A stretch of DNA of 64,000 nucleotides from an uncultured Gemmatimonadales bacterium (GTDB taxonomy: Bacteria > Gemmatimonadota > Gemmatimonadetes > Palauibacterales > Palauibacteraceae): positions 15,415 to 79,414 of the forward strand of contig CAMYMV010000018.1 in the NCBI GenBank assembly GCA_947259585.1. Direction: 5' to 3'. Shown one piece after another: positions 37,958 to 48,017 of the stretch. The notes under the pieces are model-generated. The model worked only from the letters and a program-made list of their open reading frames with translations. It did no database searches and was not told where the DNA came from. Position 1 is the stretch's first letter. Each line of letters begins with the position of its first letter. The translations under genes were made by a program, and so were the position numbers.

Positions 37958-37978
37958 ACGCTCCTGATCTCGTCCTCG
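37958..37978 (+). repeat. Partial element copy R7 outside the att repeat
   Basis: ACGCTCCTGATCTCGTCCTCG, identical to the R5 core. Confidence 0.7.
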
Positions 37979-38221
37979 TAGAGCGGCCTTCTGGTCTCGT
38001 TTCGCCTGCAATCCTCCGTTCGCAGCCTCCCAATCTGCTATCCGTACTCTCCGGCAGTCCCTCCCAAGCGGTGAGGAATTCGCGTGAACGCCCGGAATCC
38101 TCTCAAAATGCCGATCTACGCCTGTGGCGCTCGAGCCACTTGCCTTCGCCATCCCTCCATTGAGTGGCCATAAACGACTATGGTGTATGGCGTTACTGTT
38201 CTTCTCAGCAAATCGTGAGCA

Positions 38222-38237
38222 TGGCGCCGACTTTGCT
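38222..38237 (+). promoter_or_regulatory. Sigma54 promoter of pilin operon 1
   Basis: TGGCGC-CGACT-TTGCT. Confidence 0.7.
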
Positions 38238-38310
38238 CCTTCCCGAGGCGTTCGAACCGGCCCAACCGATGGGGGATTGCGTGAGTGAAGAGCACCTTCG
38301 CGGGTCGCCG

Positions 38311-38976
38311 ATGACCCGAACGCAGAAGCGATGCACGACGGACGCCCGTCGAAAGACCAACCCGCGCTGGTGCCGGCAGACGGGCGGCTTCACGCTGGTC
38401 GAGGTGCTTATCGTCATCCTCATGATAGGCGTGCTGAGTGCCCTCGTCGCTCCGACCCTGGCTCGTGTGACGCCGGCGGAGCTCGCCAGCGAAGGAGCCG
38501 AGGACCTCGCCCAGGCGATGCGTCTCGCCCGTTATAGGGCGGTCGCGATGAATCGGCGGGTCTACTTCGACTTTCAGCCCTCCGGGACGCCGAACTTCTA
38601 CACGGCCTACGTCAACCTGGGCGACCCAGCCGACGTGCCGACCGGCACGCCGGCGGAGATCACCGCGGCGAACATCCCGGTGCTCAACGACACGCAGGGT
38701 TCCATGCGCGGCGCCGACCTTCCGGAAGCGATCGTGTTCGCGACCGGCCACGCGGCTTCCGGCCCGGGCGGAGCGCCGGCGACGAGTGCGCTCGTCCTGC
38801 CATCGAACCCGCTGATCTTCGGGCCTCGCGGCACCGTGGAGTGGCCGGACGGCAGTCTGGCTACCGGGGTAGTCTACGTGAGCCACGCCGATCACCCCTC
38901 CCGCGTCCGGGCCATAACCGTCGCACGCAGCGGGATGATCAAGGTCTGGTACCTCAACGCCGGTAGCTGGGAATGA
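38311..38976 (+). CDS. FimT/GspH-like prepilin
   Basis: GFTLVEVLIV cleavage motif; AR.RAV; F.PRG. Confidence 0.85.
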   Translation: MTRTQKRCTTDARRKTNPRWCRQTGGFTLVEVLIVILMIGVLSALVAPTLARVTPAELASEGAEDLAQAMRLARYRAVAMNRRVYFDFQPSGTPNFYTAYVNLGDPADVPTGTPAEITAANIPVLNDTQGSMRGADLPEAIVFATGHAASGPGGAPATSALVLPSNPLIFGPRGTVEWPDGSLATGVVYVSHADHPSRVRAITVARSGMIKVWYLNAGSWE

Positions 38977-39419
38977 GTCCGACCGAGATAACGCGCAGCG
39001 GGATTCCGCATGATCGCCGCTCGAGAAGCGGAGGGCTGTCACCCAACGGTTTCACGACGATCGAGTCGATGATCGCGCTCCTCCTGCTGACGATCGTCGG
39101 CCTGGGGATCATGTCGGAAATCGTCGTGGTGCGGTCGGCCGACAAGTTCGCCGGGGAGCAAACCCGAGGGGTCGCGCTAGCGGTTCGGAAGCTCGAGGAG
39201 CTGAAGGCGCTGCCCGCGGCGAGCGTGGTCGCCGAGGCCGTGACGGCCGTGGATGTCAATGGCAACGAAGGGTCGGGTCCCTACCGCCGCCGAGTGGACG
39301 TGGCCGAGGGCGTGGACGGCAAGGACACGAAGACCATCACGGTGGTCGTCGAATACCCGACCGGAAAGATGGGCCGCCATTCCGTCCAGCTCACCACCAT
39401 CATCTACTCGGGCAACTGA
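38973..39419 (+). CDS. PilV-like prepilin
   Basis: GFTTIESMIAL; LA..KLEELK. Confidence 0.82.
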   Translation: MSPTEITRSGIPHDRRSRSGGLSPNGFTTIESMIALLLLTIVGLGIMSEIVVVRSADKFAGEQTRGVALAVRKLEELKALPAASVVAEAVTAVDVNGNEGSGPYRRRVDVAEGVDGKDTKTITVVVEYPTGKMGRHSVQLTTIIYSGN

Positions 39420-39422
39420 TCG

Positions 39423-40406
39423 GTGGCACGCGTGAAAGGCAGAGCGCTCGTTCGCAATCGACGGGGTCTTGTGCAGTCCCTCGATCGAGACGGCTTCACG
39501 ATCGTGGAGCTGCTCGTCGTCATGCTGATCGGCGGGTTGGTCATATCCAGCGCCATCGGGCTCCTCAAGACCGTGCGGTCGACATCCCGGACCGAGAGGC
39601 TCGTGGTCGATGTTCAGGACAACGCCCGCTACGCGCTCAGCATGCTGACGCGCGACCTGATGGAGGCGGGACAGGGGATGGACCCTAGCTTGTCTTTCGG
39701 CCCTGTCGCGGTCGGCGACGGCGGTGCGGGGAAGAACGACACCCTGTACATCCTCTTCGCCGATCCGGGGACGCCGATTCACGCGGTCGACGCGCCCCCC
39801 GGCAACCCGAAGAAGAAGATCGACGTGCGGATCACCTGCTCCGACCCGGTCACGGATATCGAGAAGGGCGACTTCGTATACCTGGCGAGCGGGAGCGCAC
39901 GCGCGGTGGCCCACGTCAACCACGTGAATCGGGCTACCACCGGCACCTGTAGCGGAGACCCTAATGAGATCATCGGCACGCTCAAGCTCGACGTATCCGC
40001 GGTGGAAAGCGAGAATCACGGTTGGGTGCTAGAGGCCAACGAGGCCGGCGCGGCGCTCGAGAGGGTGAACGCGGCCGTCTACTTCGTGGATGATTCGGAC
40101 CCGACGCACCCGACCCTCAACCGCGCGACGGAATACGACGGCGGTTGGGTGGAGATGCCGATTGCCGACATGATCACCGAGTTTCGCGTCGATCTGATCT
40201 TCGCGGACGGTGATGTGCTTTCCGTCGCCGATTCGGGCGACGGCGACCTCACCAACGACTTCGACGACATCAACACCGTGCGCCTTCACCTTCGCGGATC
40301 GACGCGTCGAGCCGACAAGGATCTCGCCGGTGGCCAGCGAGTCGACCGGGACTACACGATGAGCGTGACGCCGAGGAATCAGCTGTACACGAGGAACCGT
40401 CAATGA
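39423..40406 (+). CDS. PilW-like prepilin
   Basis: GFTIVELLVV; QDNARYAL..L.RDL..AG; C-terminal PRN. Confidence 0.85.
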   Translation: MARVKGRALVRNRRGLVQSLDRDGFTIVELLVVMLIGGLVISSAIGLLKTVRSTSRTERLVVDVQDNARYALSMLTRDLMEAGQGMDPSLSFGPVAVGDGGAGKNDTLYILFADPGTPIHAVDAPPGNPKKKIDVRITCSDPVTDIEKGDFVYLASGSARAVAHVNHVNRATTGTCSGDPNEIIGTLKLDVSAVESENHGWVLEANEAGAALERVNAAVYFVDDSDPTHPTLNRATEYDGGWVEMPIADMITEFRVDLIFADGDVLSVADSGDGDLTNDFDDINTVRLHLRGSTRRADKDLAGGQRVDRDYTMSVTPRNQLYTRNRQ

Positions 40407-42184
40407 AGCGCGCTCCCACATCTCCGACGGCCCAGGGCCGACTCGACGAGGGCGGCTTCGCCCTCGTCGCGGTCCTCATCCTGTTGATCGCGATGATGGG
40501 TCTGGCCGCGGCGATGCAGCTCGCCGGGCGCACGGAGATTCGGATAGGAACGAACCACTACGTGGGAACTCAGGCGTACTACGCGGCCGAAGCGGGCGCC
40601 GAGAGGTTTCTCGCCCTGGTGAGCGAGAAGATGGCCAACGGCAACCTGACGCCGGAGATGGTGGCCGAAGCCGCGGCCGCGCCGCCGACGATTCCCGGCT
40701 ACACGTTCGTCGAATACTCGGCAGTCCTCGCTCCGAGCGTCGTGGCCCGGCAGATCCCGCAGGGCCCGTTCGCCGGCCTCACTAGCCTGGATCGAGATCT
40801 TACGGTCACGTCATCCGTGGAAGGCCCGAACGGAGCCCGGGCGACCGTCATCATGGACGCGCGTGCGCAGGCGATCCCGATCTTCCAGTTCGCCGCCTTC
40901 TACGAGGAGGATCTCGAGAACTTCCCCGGCCCTCGCATGGACATCCGAGGCCGCGTGCACACGAACGGCGATCTCTGGATCGACAGCATCACGGGTCTCT
41001 ACCTCTGGGGCATGGTGACCACCGCCAAGGACATTCACATCGAGGCGAAGGCATCGGGCGGCGACCCGGCGAGCGATGGTCGCGACGTCTACATCCGGCT
41101 GAACGACGGCACCTGGGTCGAGGTCCTACAGGACAGCCACGCCTTCGGCGCGGACCACGACCCGCTGACCTTTCCGACTCCCGCTCAGGATCAGGCGTTC
41201 GACGACTGGTCCAAGTCCACGTGGGATCACAACATCCAGACCCGGGCCAGCGGCGTTCGGCCGCTGAAGCTCCCGATCCCCGAAGGCGTCGACCCTTACG
41301 AGCTCGTCCAGCCCTGCACAGGCGCCGAGCCGGCGTCGCTCGCCGCCGTGAAATACGCCTGCAACGCGGGCCTGCAGGTTCGGGTTCAGGGTACCGCGCT
41401 CGAGGTCCTCAACGCGGGCGGCGCGCCACAGGCGATGCCGCCGGGCGCCGTGACCTACGGCATCAACAAGTTCTACGACGACCGGGAGCAGTCCTCCAGC
41501 GCCGGCAACGGAGATCCAATCGGCGCCACCAACTCGAACTCGGACCGGGAGGTGATCGAGATCGACCTGAACGTGTTCGATGTGGCCGACTACCAGAACG
41601 GCCTCATCTACGTGACGGCCGACAAGACCAACCCGGGCGGCCCGGACGCGGTGGCCGACGAGCAGCAGTACACGGTTCGGGTCCGGGGCGGCCAGATGCT
41701 GAAGGCCCCCCTGACGATCGCCACGGATCTCCCGCTCTTCGTGCTCGGTGACTACAACAACGTCCCCGGCCAGTGGCAGCCCGCGTCGTTCGCCTCCGAC
41801 GCCATTACGATTCTCTCGAACAACTGGAGCGACGGCGCCGCCGGCGAGGGCGCGGAACCGCCGGCCACGGAGACGGAGGTCCAGGCCGCGATCCTGGCCG
41901 GACACAGCCCCACGCCGTTCTTCGGCTCTCCGGACGGAGGGGGCTGGCTCAACAACTTCCCGCGCTTTCTCGAGGGGTGGGGCGGTGTCAAAGCCACGAT
42001 CAACGGATCGCTTGTCTCGCTCTGGTTCGCCCAGAAGGCCGTGGGCGCATACGACGGCCACTACTACGGCGCGCCGAACCGGGACTGGTACTTCGACCAA
42101 CGCTTCACCGACCCGGCCAATCTCCCGCCGTTCACGCCAGTCGTGGGCCAGGTCCTGCGCATGGGATTCGCCCGCCGCTACTAG
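40403..42184 (+). CDS. Large PilX-like prepilin
   Basis: GFALVAVL (no Glu5), AYYAAEAG, GRVHTNG, long C-terminal domain. Confidence 0.82.
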   Translation: MKRAPTSPTAQGRLDEGGFALVAVLILLIAMMGLAAAMQLAGRTEIRIGTNHYVGTQAYYAAEAGAERFLALVSEKMANGNLTPEMVAEAAAAPPTIPGYTFVEYSAVLAPSVVARQIPQGPFAGLTSLDRDLTVTSSVEGPNGARATVIMDARAQAIPIFQFAAFYEEDLENFPGPRMDIRGRVHTNGDLWIDSITGLYLWGMVTTAKDIHIEAKASGGDPASDGRDVYIRLNDGTWVEVLQDSHAFGADHDPLTFPTPAQDQAFDDWSKSTWDHNIQTRASGVRPLKLPIPEGVDPYELVQPCTGAEPASLAAVKYACNAGLQVRVQGTALEVLNAGGAPQAMPPGAVTYGINKFYDDREQSSSAGNGDPIGATNSNSDREVIEIDLNVFDVADYQNGLIYVTADKTNPGGPDAVADEQQYTVRVRGGQMLKAPLTIATDLPLFVLGDYNNVPGQWQPASFASDAITILSNNWSDGAAGEGAEPPATETEVQAAILAGHSPTPFFGSPDGGGWLNNFPRFLEGWGGVKATINGSLVSLWFAQKAVGAYDGHYYGAPNRDWYFDQRFTDPANLPPFTPVVGQVLRMGFARRY

Positions 42185-42452
42185 CCCCGGGGCTTGGAGG
42201 GGGGTGCGGTGGCAGCGACCCCCGCGGCTTGCTCGTCTGCCAGTTTTGCCTTGTGGACCAGGCCGAACACCCGCCACGGCAGCGCGCCAGAATCATAGCG
42301 TTCAACACGCTATCGTTGCAGCAGATACGCCGTTGCGCCCCCACGATGCACAGGCCATGTAGTATCCTCGCCACTCTTGCGCGGTCCGCTGCATAACTCA
42401 TCTTTACAGGCTCGTCGTTCCCGGATTCCGCTGTAGAACAGGAAGTAGATTT

Positions 42453-43778
42453 ATGACGTTGCCTCGTCCGCCCCTTCGACACTCCTTCGCCCGACAACTC
42501 TACCGGCGGTTGCCTCTCGCCGTCGGGTCCGACGAGCACGGCTCTGCGGCGGCGTTCGCGGCGATCGGCATGCTCATGTTGCTGGGCATGGTGGCCCTCG
42601 CCGTGGACGTCGGAATGCTGGTCGGTGCCCGTACCGACTCGCAGCGTGTGGCCGATTCCGCGGCGCTTGCAGGCGCGGCCTCCTTCATCACGGCTCCCAA
42701 CGACGCCGACCGTCCGAGGACCTGGGCGCTCGAGTACGCGGCAAAGAACACCATCCATGGCACGGTCGCGGATGTGCGAGCCGAAGACGTGGACGTCCTG
42801 ATGGCCGAGAAGAAGGTCCGCGTGCGCGTCCGGAACATCGCGGCACGCAGCAATGCGATAAGGACGGTTTTCGCGCGTGTGCTCGGATGGGACGAGGTGA
42901 ACGTAGGGACCGTCGCGGCCGCGGAGGCCTCGGCTGCGGGCGCCGGGAACTGCATGCTGCCCCTCGCCCTTCCGGATCGCTGGACCGAAACCGTCAATGA
43001 CGATCTCTTCCTCGGGCCTCCGGAGGACCTCTACATCCCGTACAGCGGGAACGGCCAACAGTGCCCGGCCGGGACCGGGCCGCCGGGGGGCGGACCTGGC
43101 TGCGACTTTACCGGCTTCTTCCACGGCGACATCAATGACATGTGGGAGCCTCTGATCGAGATCAAGGTGCAGTCAGGTCCCGCCGACCCTGAGGACCCCG
43201 ACTACGTGGCGAGCCCCTGCACCGAGGCAGCAAGCTGGCGCTGCTGGTTCCAGCCGGAGTCCGTAAACAGCGGTCCGACCGGTGGTGGCGCGAACGATCT
43301 GCGACCCTGGATCCTGGATTGTCCCGACAACACGATCACGATCGCGATCGGTGACACGATATACGCGGGCTCCGCCTCCGGTAACATGCAGAGCCTCGTC
43401 CTCCAGGACTTCAAGGACCTGGTCGACACCCAGCCCGGCGTCTGGGTCAATGACCACACTACCCACCCCTCGGGCGGTTGCGTCACGATGACCGGGGGAT
43501 CCAGCGAAGTTTGTCTCGGCTCCGCCGACAGCAAGCGCATCCGCTTCATGCCCATCGTCAAGACGGACGCCGTAACGGGCACCGGCGGTGGCGTCAAGGC
43601 GCCGATCATCGGTCTGGCATGCGTGTTCGTCGAGAAGGTGGCGACCGAGATGAGCCTGCCGCACGGCATGCTTCCGCCTCCGGGCCAGTGGAACGTCTAT
43701 GTGAGGCTCACGGACACCTGCTCCGGACTCGCAGGAGGGGAAGGCCCCATTCTGAAGGCCATCCGCCTCGTGGAGTAG
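42453..43778 (+). CDS. TadG-like protein (Tad N-terminal domain)
   Basis: E.GS, ALAVDVG...Q.VADSAALAGA; Cys-rich C-terminus. Confidence 0.8.
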   Translation: MTLPRPPLRHSFARQLYRRLPLAVGSDEHGSAAAFAAIGMLMLLGMVALAVDVGMLVGARTDSQRVADSAALAGAASFITAPNDADRPRTWALEYAAKNTIHGTVADVRAEDVDVLMAEKKVRVRVRNIAARSNAIRTVFARVLGWDEVNVGTVAAAEASAAGAGNCMLPLALPDRWTETVNDDLFLGPPEDLYIPYSGNGQQCPAGTGPPGGGPGCDFTGFFHGDINDMWEPLIEIKVQSGPADPEDPDYVASPCTEAASWRCWFQPESVNSGPTGGGANDLRPWILDCPDNTITIAIGDTIYAGSASGNMQSLVLQDFKDLVDTQPGVWVNDHTTHPSGGCVTMTGGSSEVCLGSADSKRIRFMPIVKTDAVTGTGGGVKAPIIGLACVFVEKVATEMSLPHGMLPPPGQWNVYVRLTDTCSGLAGGEGPILKAIRLVE

Positions 43779-43828
43779 GCGGTCGCCAAGCTAGCCGCAC
43801 CGCGTCCCGCGCCAAATCCCGGAATGCC

Positions 43829-43856
43829 GAAGGGGCGGCCGTTTGGCCGCCCCTTC
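43829..43856. terminator. Bidirectional terminator between convergent genes
   Basis: GAAGGGGCGGCC-GTTT-GGCCGCCCCTTC perfect stem. Confidence 0.75.
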
Positions 43857-43894
43857 TTCATGTTTGACCCGTGCGCGAGGTCCCTAAGTGGCCC

Positions 43895-45004
43895 CTAAAA
43901 GGTCTCCACCCAGGTGCTCGGCTGCTCGGCCACCACGGGGGGGAGGATGAAATTGTCCAGCATCGCGTTCGCGTAGCAGGAGTGGTAGTACATGTGCGGC
44001 GACCCGTTTCCGATAGTCACCTCGCCCGGACTGCCCCCTGTCAGGATGTTCAGGCCTGCGGTCATGGTGCCCTTGATGTTGACGCTACCCGAGATCTCGA
44101 AGGCACCACCGACGAGGATCATCCCCTTCCACACGAAGCTTCCTGAGATCTTGACGTCGCCGCCGATCACGAGGAGGCCCGCGCCGCTCTCGCCGGCGCC
44201 CAGCCGGACCTCCCCCGACCCCTCGTTGTCCACGAACTGTACCGGCCAATCCTCGATCGGAAGATCCTCCGTATCGGGCAGGTCCCTCGGGTCAGTGACC
44301 ACGTAGTCGTGCTCGAGCACCGTGCCATCCTTCGTTCCGGCCCAATCGATCCCGAGCGCCTGGGCGAGTTCCAAAGGGGTCGCCAACGCGTCGTCGACCG
44401 GGGGGTTCCCAAAGGCGATATTACCGATCTTTCCCTTGAACATCCCGGTCGGGGTGCGAACGCCCGCGATCGGAGGAGCGGCAGGACAGCCCGGAACCGT
44501 ATGATCGCCTCCGTTTGCCTTGGCCGCCGCTCCCTTCACGTTTATGCCGGCTATTGTCGTGAGGGCCGCCTGCCCGAGCAGTCCCGGAGGGGGCGCCCCC
44601 TGTTTGAATATCACGAGCTTGCTGACCGTTCGCTGCGACACGGAGCCGTCCGGCATGGTGGCGCTGCCCACCGCGCTCACCAGATACATGGTCGCGGTGG
44701 CCATGTTGACGAGAGGGCTCGCCGTCACGACGGCCGAGCCGCCCGCATACGAGAAGCCTTGACTCGATGCGACCGCCGTGTCGTTGGCGGCCAGGTAGTC
44801 GTTCAGGGCCGCGTCGGCCACGTAAAAGGCGGTCACGCTCGTCGAGTGGTTGCGGCTGACCTGGACTTCGGTCTGGGAGGTCACGAAGCCTGCCGCGGCG
44901 ATCACGGACACCACGATCAGGGTCAGCAAGCTCGCGATGAGGGCAAAGCCGCCCTCTTGAGGGTCAAGCCGCGTGTGGGCCGTTTGGCTTTGTGTGTACT
45001 GCAT
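43895..45004 (-). CDS. PilX-like prepilin
   Basis: GGFALIASLL, AFYVADA; beta-helix-like C-terminus. Confidence 0.82.
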   Translation of the reverse strand: MQYTQSQTAHTRLDPQEGGFALIASLLTLIVVSVIAAAGFVTSQTEVQVSRNHSTSVTAFYVADAALNDYLAANDTAVASSQGFSYAGGSAVVTASPLVNMATATMYLVSAVGSATMPDGSVSQRTVSKLVIFKQGAPPPGLLGQAALTTIAGINVKGAAAKANGGDHTVPGCPAAPPIAGVRTPTGMFKGKIGNIAFGNPPVDDALATPLELAQALGIDWAGTKDGTVLEHDYVVTDPRDLPDTEDLPIEDWPVQFVDNEGSGEVRLGAGESGAGLLVIGGDVKISGSFVWKGMILVGGAFEISGSVNIKGTMTAGLNILTGGSPGEVTIGNGSPHMYYHSCYANAMLDNFILPPVVAEQPSTWVETF

Positions 45005-45128
45005 CGTCAACCTCGAGTCATCAGACCGGTGGCCGCGCCTGGCCACCCGGCGGTTCGCCCACCCGACCGTCGCACGATCGGGGCGTAGCGTTCGGGACTC
45101 GTCCCAAGACCACGCACCCATCTACATG

Positions 45129-45144
45129 AGCAACTTCGGCGCCA
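45129..45144 (-). promoter_or_regulatory. Sigma54 promoter
   Basis: TGGCGC-CGAAG-TTGCT on the minus strand. Confidence 0.68.
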
Positions 45145-45294
45145 GTTCCGGCCGGCCATGCCTGGCCTCGTAACCGTATGGACCGGTTTCACTTAAGAGG
45201 ATTGCGCGGCGGCAGTTGTGGCGCCGATTCCACAGTGAGCCCCCGTTGGTCGTGCAGAATCCCGCCCCCGACGGCCGACCTCCGGAGGGAAGGG

Positions 45295-46110
45295 CTAGTT
45301 ACGAAGTGGGATGTCGAACTCCAGGCTTCGCTCGACGTCGAAGTGATCGTTCTCGTCCACCGCCGTGGCGATGATCCGGATCGCGTTCACGTCCGAGAGC
45401 TGGGGATCTGGCACCTTCCCCTTGATTTTGGTCCCATCCCGCAGCCAGTAGTTGAACTCCGAGTCCGTATCGAACGGCCCCGCGAGCTCCTGCGAGCCGC
45501 GCCAGATCGCGACCCCGTTTCCGAACACGGAGTTGGCGAACCGGTAGGTCAACCGGCGGTACTCTTGCACGATACCGCCGACCTCGGCGGCCACCTGGAA
45601 CGGGAAGGTGCCCAGCTCGATGTAGTCGGCGTCCGCACCGGTACCGGGAGCCCCGGCCGCCATGCAGACCCCCTTCGGGCCCGCTCCGCTCGAGACGACG
45701 GTGCCCGTGAGGTTATCGGCATACGCGAAGGTCGCGGCATAGGGGCCTGAGTAGGCCGTTCCGCGAAACCCGGCTGGCAGGTTGGCGTTCGTCACGTTGT
45801 CGAAGACGAAGAGGGTCGTGGTGAGACCTATGTCATCCACCTCGCACACCACGGCACGAGCAGTGGCGAAACGGACCGAAACCGAGTCGAGCTCGGCCTC
45901 GATAATGTCCAAAGGAGACGCCAACCGGAGCTCGGCCGACATGAGATCTGCCGCGGCGCGCAGGTTCTGCTGCGCAACGACGGTCGACTCGTTCCGCTCG
46001 TAGAAACGTGTCTGACCAAGGAGAATCGATATAAGGGCGCTCGCCACGAGGCCGCCCACCACGAGCCCCACCAGGACCTCGACGAGCGTGAAGCCGGCTC
46101 GGCGGGTCAT
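45295..46110 (-). CDS. PilW-like prepilin
   Basis: GFTLVEVLV; QQNLRAA...ELR; C-terminal LRN. Confidence 0.85.
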   Translation of the reverse strand: MTRRAGFTLVEVLVGLVVGGLVASALISILLGQTRFYERNESTVVAQQNLRAAADLMSAELRLASPLDIIEAELDSVSVRFATARAVVCEVDDIGLTTTLFVFDNVTNANLPAGFRGTAYSGPYAATFAYADNLTGTVVSSGAGPKGVCMAAGAPGTGADADYIELGTFPFQVAAEVGGIVQEYRRLTYRFANSVFGNGVAIWRGSQELAGPFDTDSEFNYWLRDGTKIKGKVPDPQLSDVNAIRIIATAVDENDHFDVERSLEFDIPLRN

Positions 46111-46164
46111 GGATCCGGTCTCGGATGCTTTGTCATGGTCAGCCAAGGAGCACCTCCGGGGCGC

Positions 46165-46578
46165 TCAAGGGGTCGGAAGGTCGCGGGCCGAGTAGAGACG
46201 CGTCCTGACCTCGTGAGGCCCGAGCATGTCTCTGCCACCCACCTGTACGAGCACTTCCTTCACGCCGGTTGCAGGGGAGGTGACGGTCCGCGTCACCTCG
46301 TAGGCGAACCCGCCGATCGTTACCGTGTCCTTGCCGCTGACTGCGTCCGCGAAGCCGTCCTGATGCACTTCCTCGAGGACCTGTTGAGCGGCGAAGGACT
46401 GACCTGTCTGATAGTCGGAGAGGCGGCTCTGGCTGGCCACCGACAGGCTGAGTCCGGCGACGGCCAACAGACCGACGGCAAGGAGCGCAGCGGCGATCAG
46501 CGCTTCGATCAGGCCGAAGCCGCTCTCCGCGCCCATGGCCGCGCCCGGCTGCCTTCGCTTCTCTGACGAAGAGGGCAT
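46165..46578 (-). CDS. PilV-like prepilin
   Basis: GFGLIEALIA..LLAVGLLA. Confidence 0.82.
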   Translation of the reverse strand: MPSSSEKRRQPGAAMGAESGFGLIEALIAAALLAVGLLAVAGLSLSVASQSRLSDYQTGQSFAAQQVLEEVHQDGFADAVSGKDTVTIGGFAYEVTRTVTSPATGVKEVLVQVGGRDMLGPHEVRTRLYSARDLPTP

Positions 46579-46582
46579 GCGA

Positions 46583-47095
46583 TCAACTACCTCCGGCGGA
46601 GTCAACCGTCCGATAGCGGGCCAGCGCGTTAACCACGACCCGCAGCGACTTGGTTCGGCCGAATACATCGATCTCGCCACCACCGGCTCCCAGCAGGAGT
46701 CCGCGGGAGTTGAAGGTCAGCGAGTCTCCGGTGAAACGAACATCCAGCCTGGTGAGCGGGAGGTCTGAATCCGGGGTGAACTCACGATTCTGGAACACCG
46801 TGCCTGCCCTGTCGCGGATCTCGTAGCTGATCGCCGGTTCGTTCGCGGCGAGCGACACGTTGCTCCTCGTGCGGATCGCCAGGCCGCGCGTCAGCGCGAC
46901 GTCCGAGCCGACGACCGCTGCCGCGCGATCGACGACCGTTCGCTCTCTGAGCGTCGTGATGCTCTCGGAGCCCACGAGCAGCACTAGGCTAAGGATCGAG
47001 ATAGCGATGAGCATCTCGATGAGCGTGAAGCCGCCTTCGCCGACACGCACTCGGCGTCGCTTCTTTTCCCTAACGATCGGTGTTGCAGGACACAT
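46583..47095 (-). CDS. FimT/GspH-like prepilin
   Basis: GFTLIEMLIA; TFNSRG; start approximate. Confidence 0.85.
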   Translation of the reverse strand: MCPATPIVREKKRRRVRVGEGGFTLIEMLIAISILSLVLLVGSESITTLRERTVVDRAAAVVGSDVALTRGLAIRTRSNVSLAANEPAISYEIRDRAGTVFQNREFTPDSDLPLTRLDVRFTGDSLTFNSRGLLLGAGGGEIDVFGRTKSLRVVVNALARYRTVDSAGGS

Positions 47096-47111
47096 GGCAC
47101 CACATGAATCG

Positions 47112-47127
47112 AGCAAGGATCGAGCCA
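47112..47127 (-). promoter_or_regulatory. Sigma54 promoter of pilin operon 2
   Basis: TGGCTC-GATCC-TTGCT on the minus strand. Confidence 0.65.
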
Positions 47128-47314
47128 ACTGGCGGAACGATCTCGCGCCCCAGCTCTTACATCCATATGTATCTTAACAGCAGTGGCTTACGGGTATTCT
47201 GTACCTGGCAGTCAGATCAAGCGAAGGGCGGAAGCTACGGCTGGCAACGTCAGCTCCGGCACTTTACAAGGGGGTTCTCAGAGCCTCGGGGCTCGTTTCC
47301 CCGGCCAGGGCACC

Positions 47315-47710
47315 CTAGTTGCGGAGCTCCACGTCGTACTCGTAGTCCTGTGCGAACTCGAACCGATCGTCTCCGTCATCGATCGCCGTGGCTGTGACCC
47401 GGATCGCGAGCACCTCGCCCAGCTTCGCCCCGGTGACCGTGCTCGACACGCTGCCATCGGCCATCACGTAGCTGAACGCCGCATCCTCAGCGAACGGCCC
47501 CACGAGCTCCTGGGGTCCTCGCCACAACGCGGTGCCGCTACCGAACACCGATGGCGCGAAGCGATACGTCAGCAGCTGGTAGGCGCGGACGAACGAACCG
47601 CGATCCGGCACGTTGCCGTACTCGGCCTGCCAGCCCCTCACGGAGCGGTAGGCCCAGTCCGGAAGGCTTGCCGGTGCCCCGTTGGCCGTGCAGATGGCCT
47701 TCGGCCCGGC
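47315..47710 (-). pseudogene. 5'-truncated PilW paralog (C-terminal half only)
   Basis: AGPKAIC.ANGAP...LTYRFA.SVFG.G.A.WRG.QEL.GPF...TA.D..D.F...LRN aligns with 45295-45680. Confidence 0.8.
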
Positions 47711-47901
47711 CGCAGCGCCGCGATCAAGCGAAGAGCCACGGCGCGTGAAGCTGTTTTCGACGCATTGTGCAACAACTGGCCGGCGAGGGGCCGTTTTGCT
47801 TGCGCTGAAGCGGCGTTTCGCCTATTCCTTCCCTGTCGCCAGCAGGCGTATCGGTCGGCCCCGCAGGCGCAGCCTGTTCGGGGTCGCTTTTTTCGCTGCT
47901 C

Positions 47902-47964
47902 GTGCCCGTAGCTCAGCCTGGATAGAGCGTCGGCCTCCGGAGCCGAAGGTCACAGGTTCGAATC
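47902..47964 (+). pseudogene. Truncated tRNA-Arg (CCG)
   Basis: Normal 5' acceptor, D and anticodon arms up to GGTTCGAATC; 3' T-stem and acceptor strand absent. Confidence 0.8.
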
Positions 47965-48017
47965 GCTGACGGGGCGGCTGACGACCGCCGAGCGGCGGCT
48001 TGGTCGGGCTAGAAGGG

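Noticed and set aside
47180-47270. Possible c-di-GMP riboswitch upstream of pilin operon 2
   Set aside because: Only a short GGAAGCTACGG resemblance; the GCAAA/GNRA architecture is missing and it lies upstream of the sigma54 promoter.
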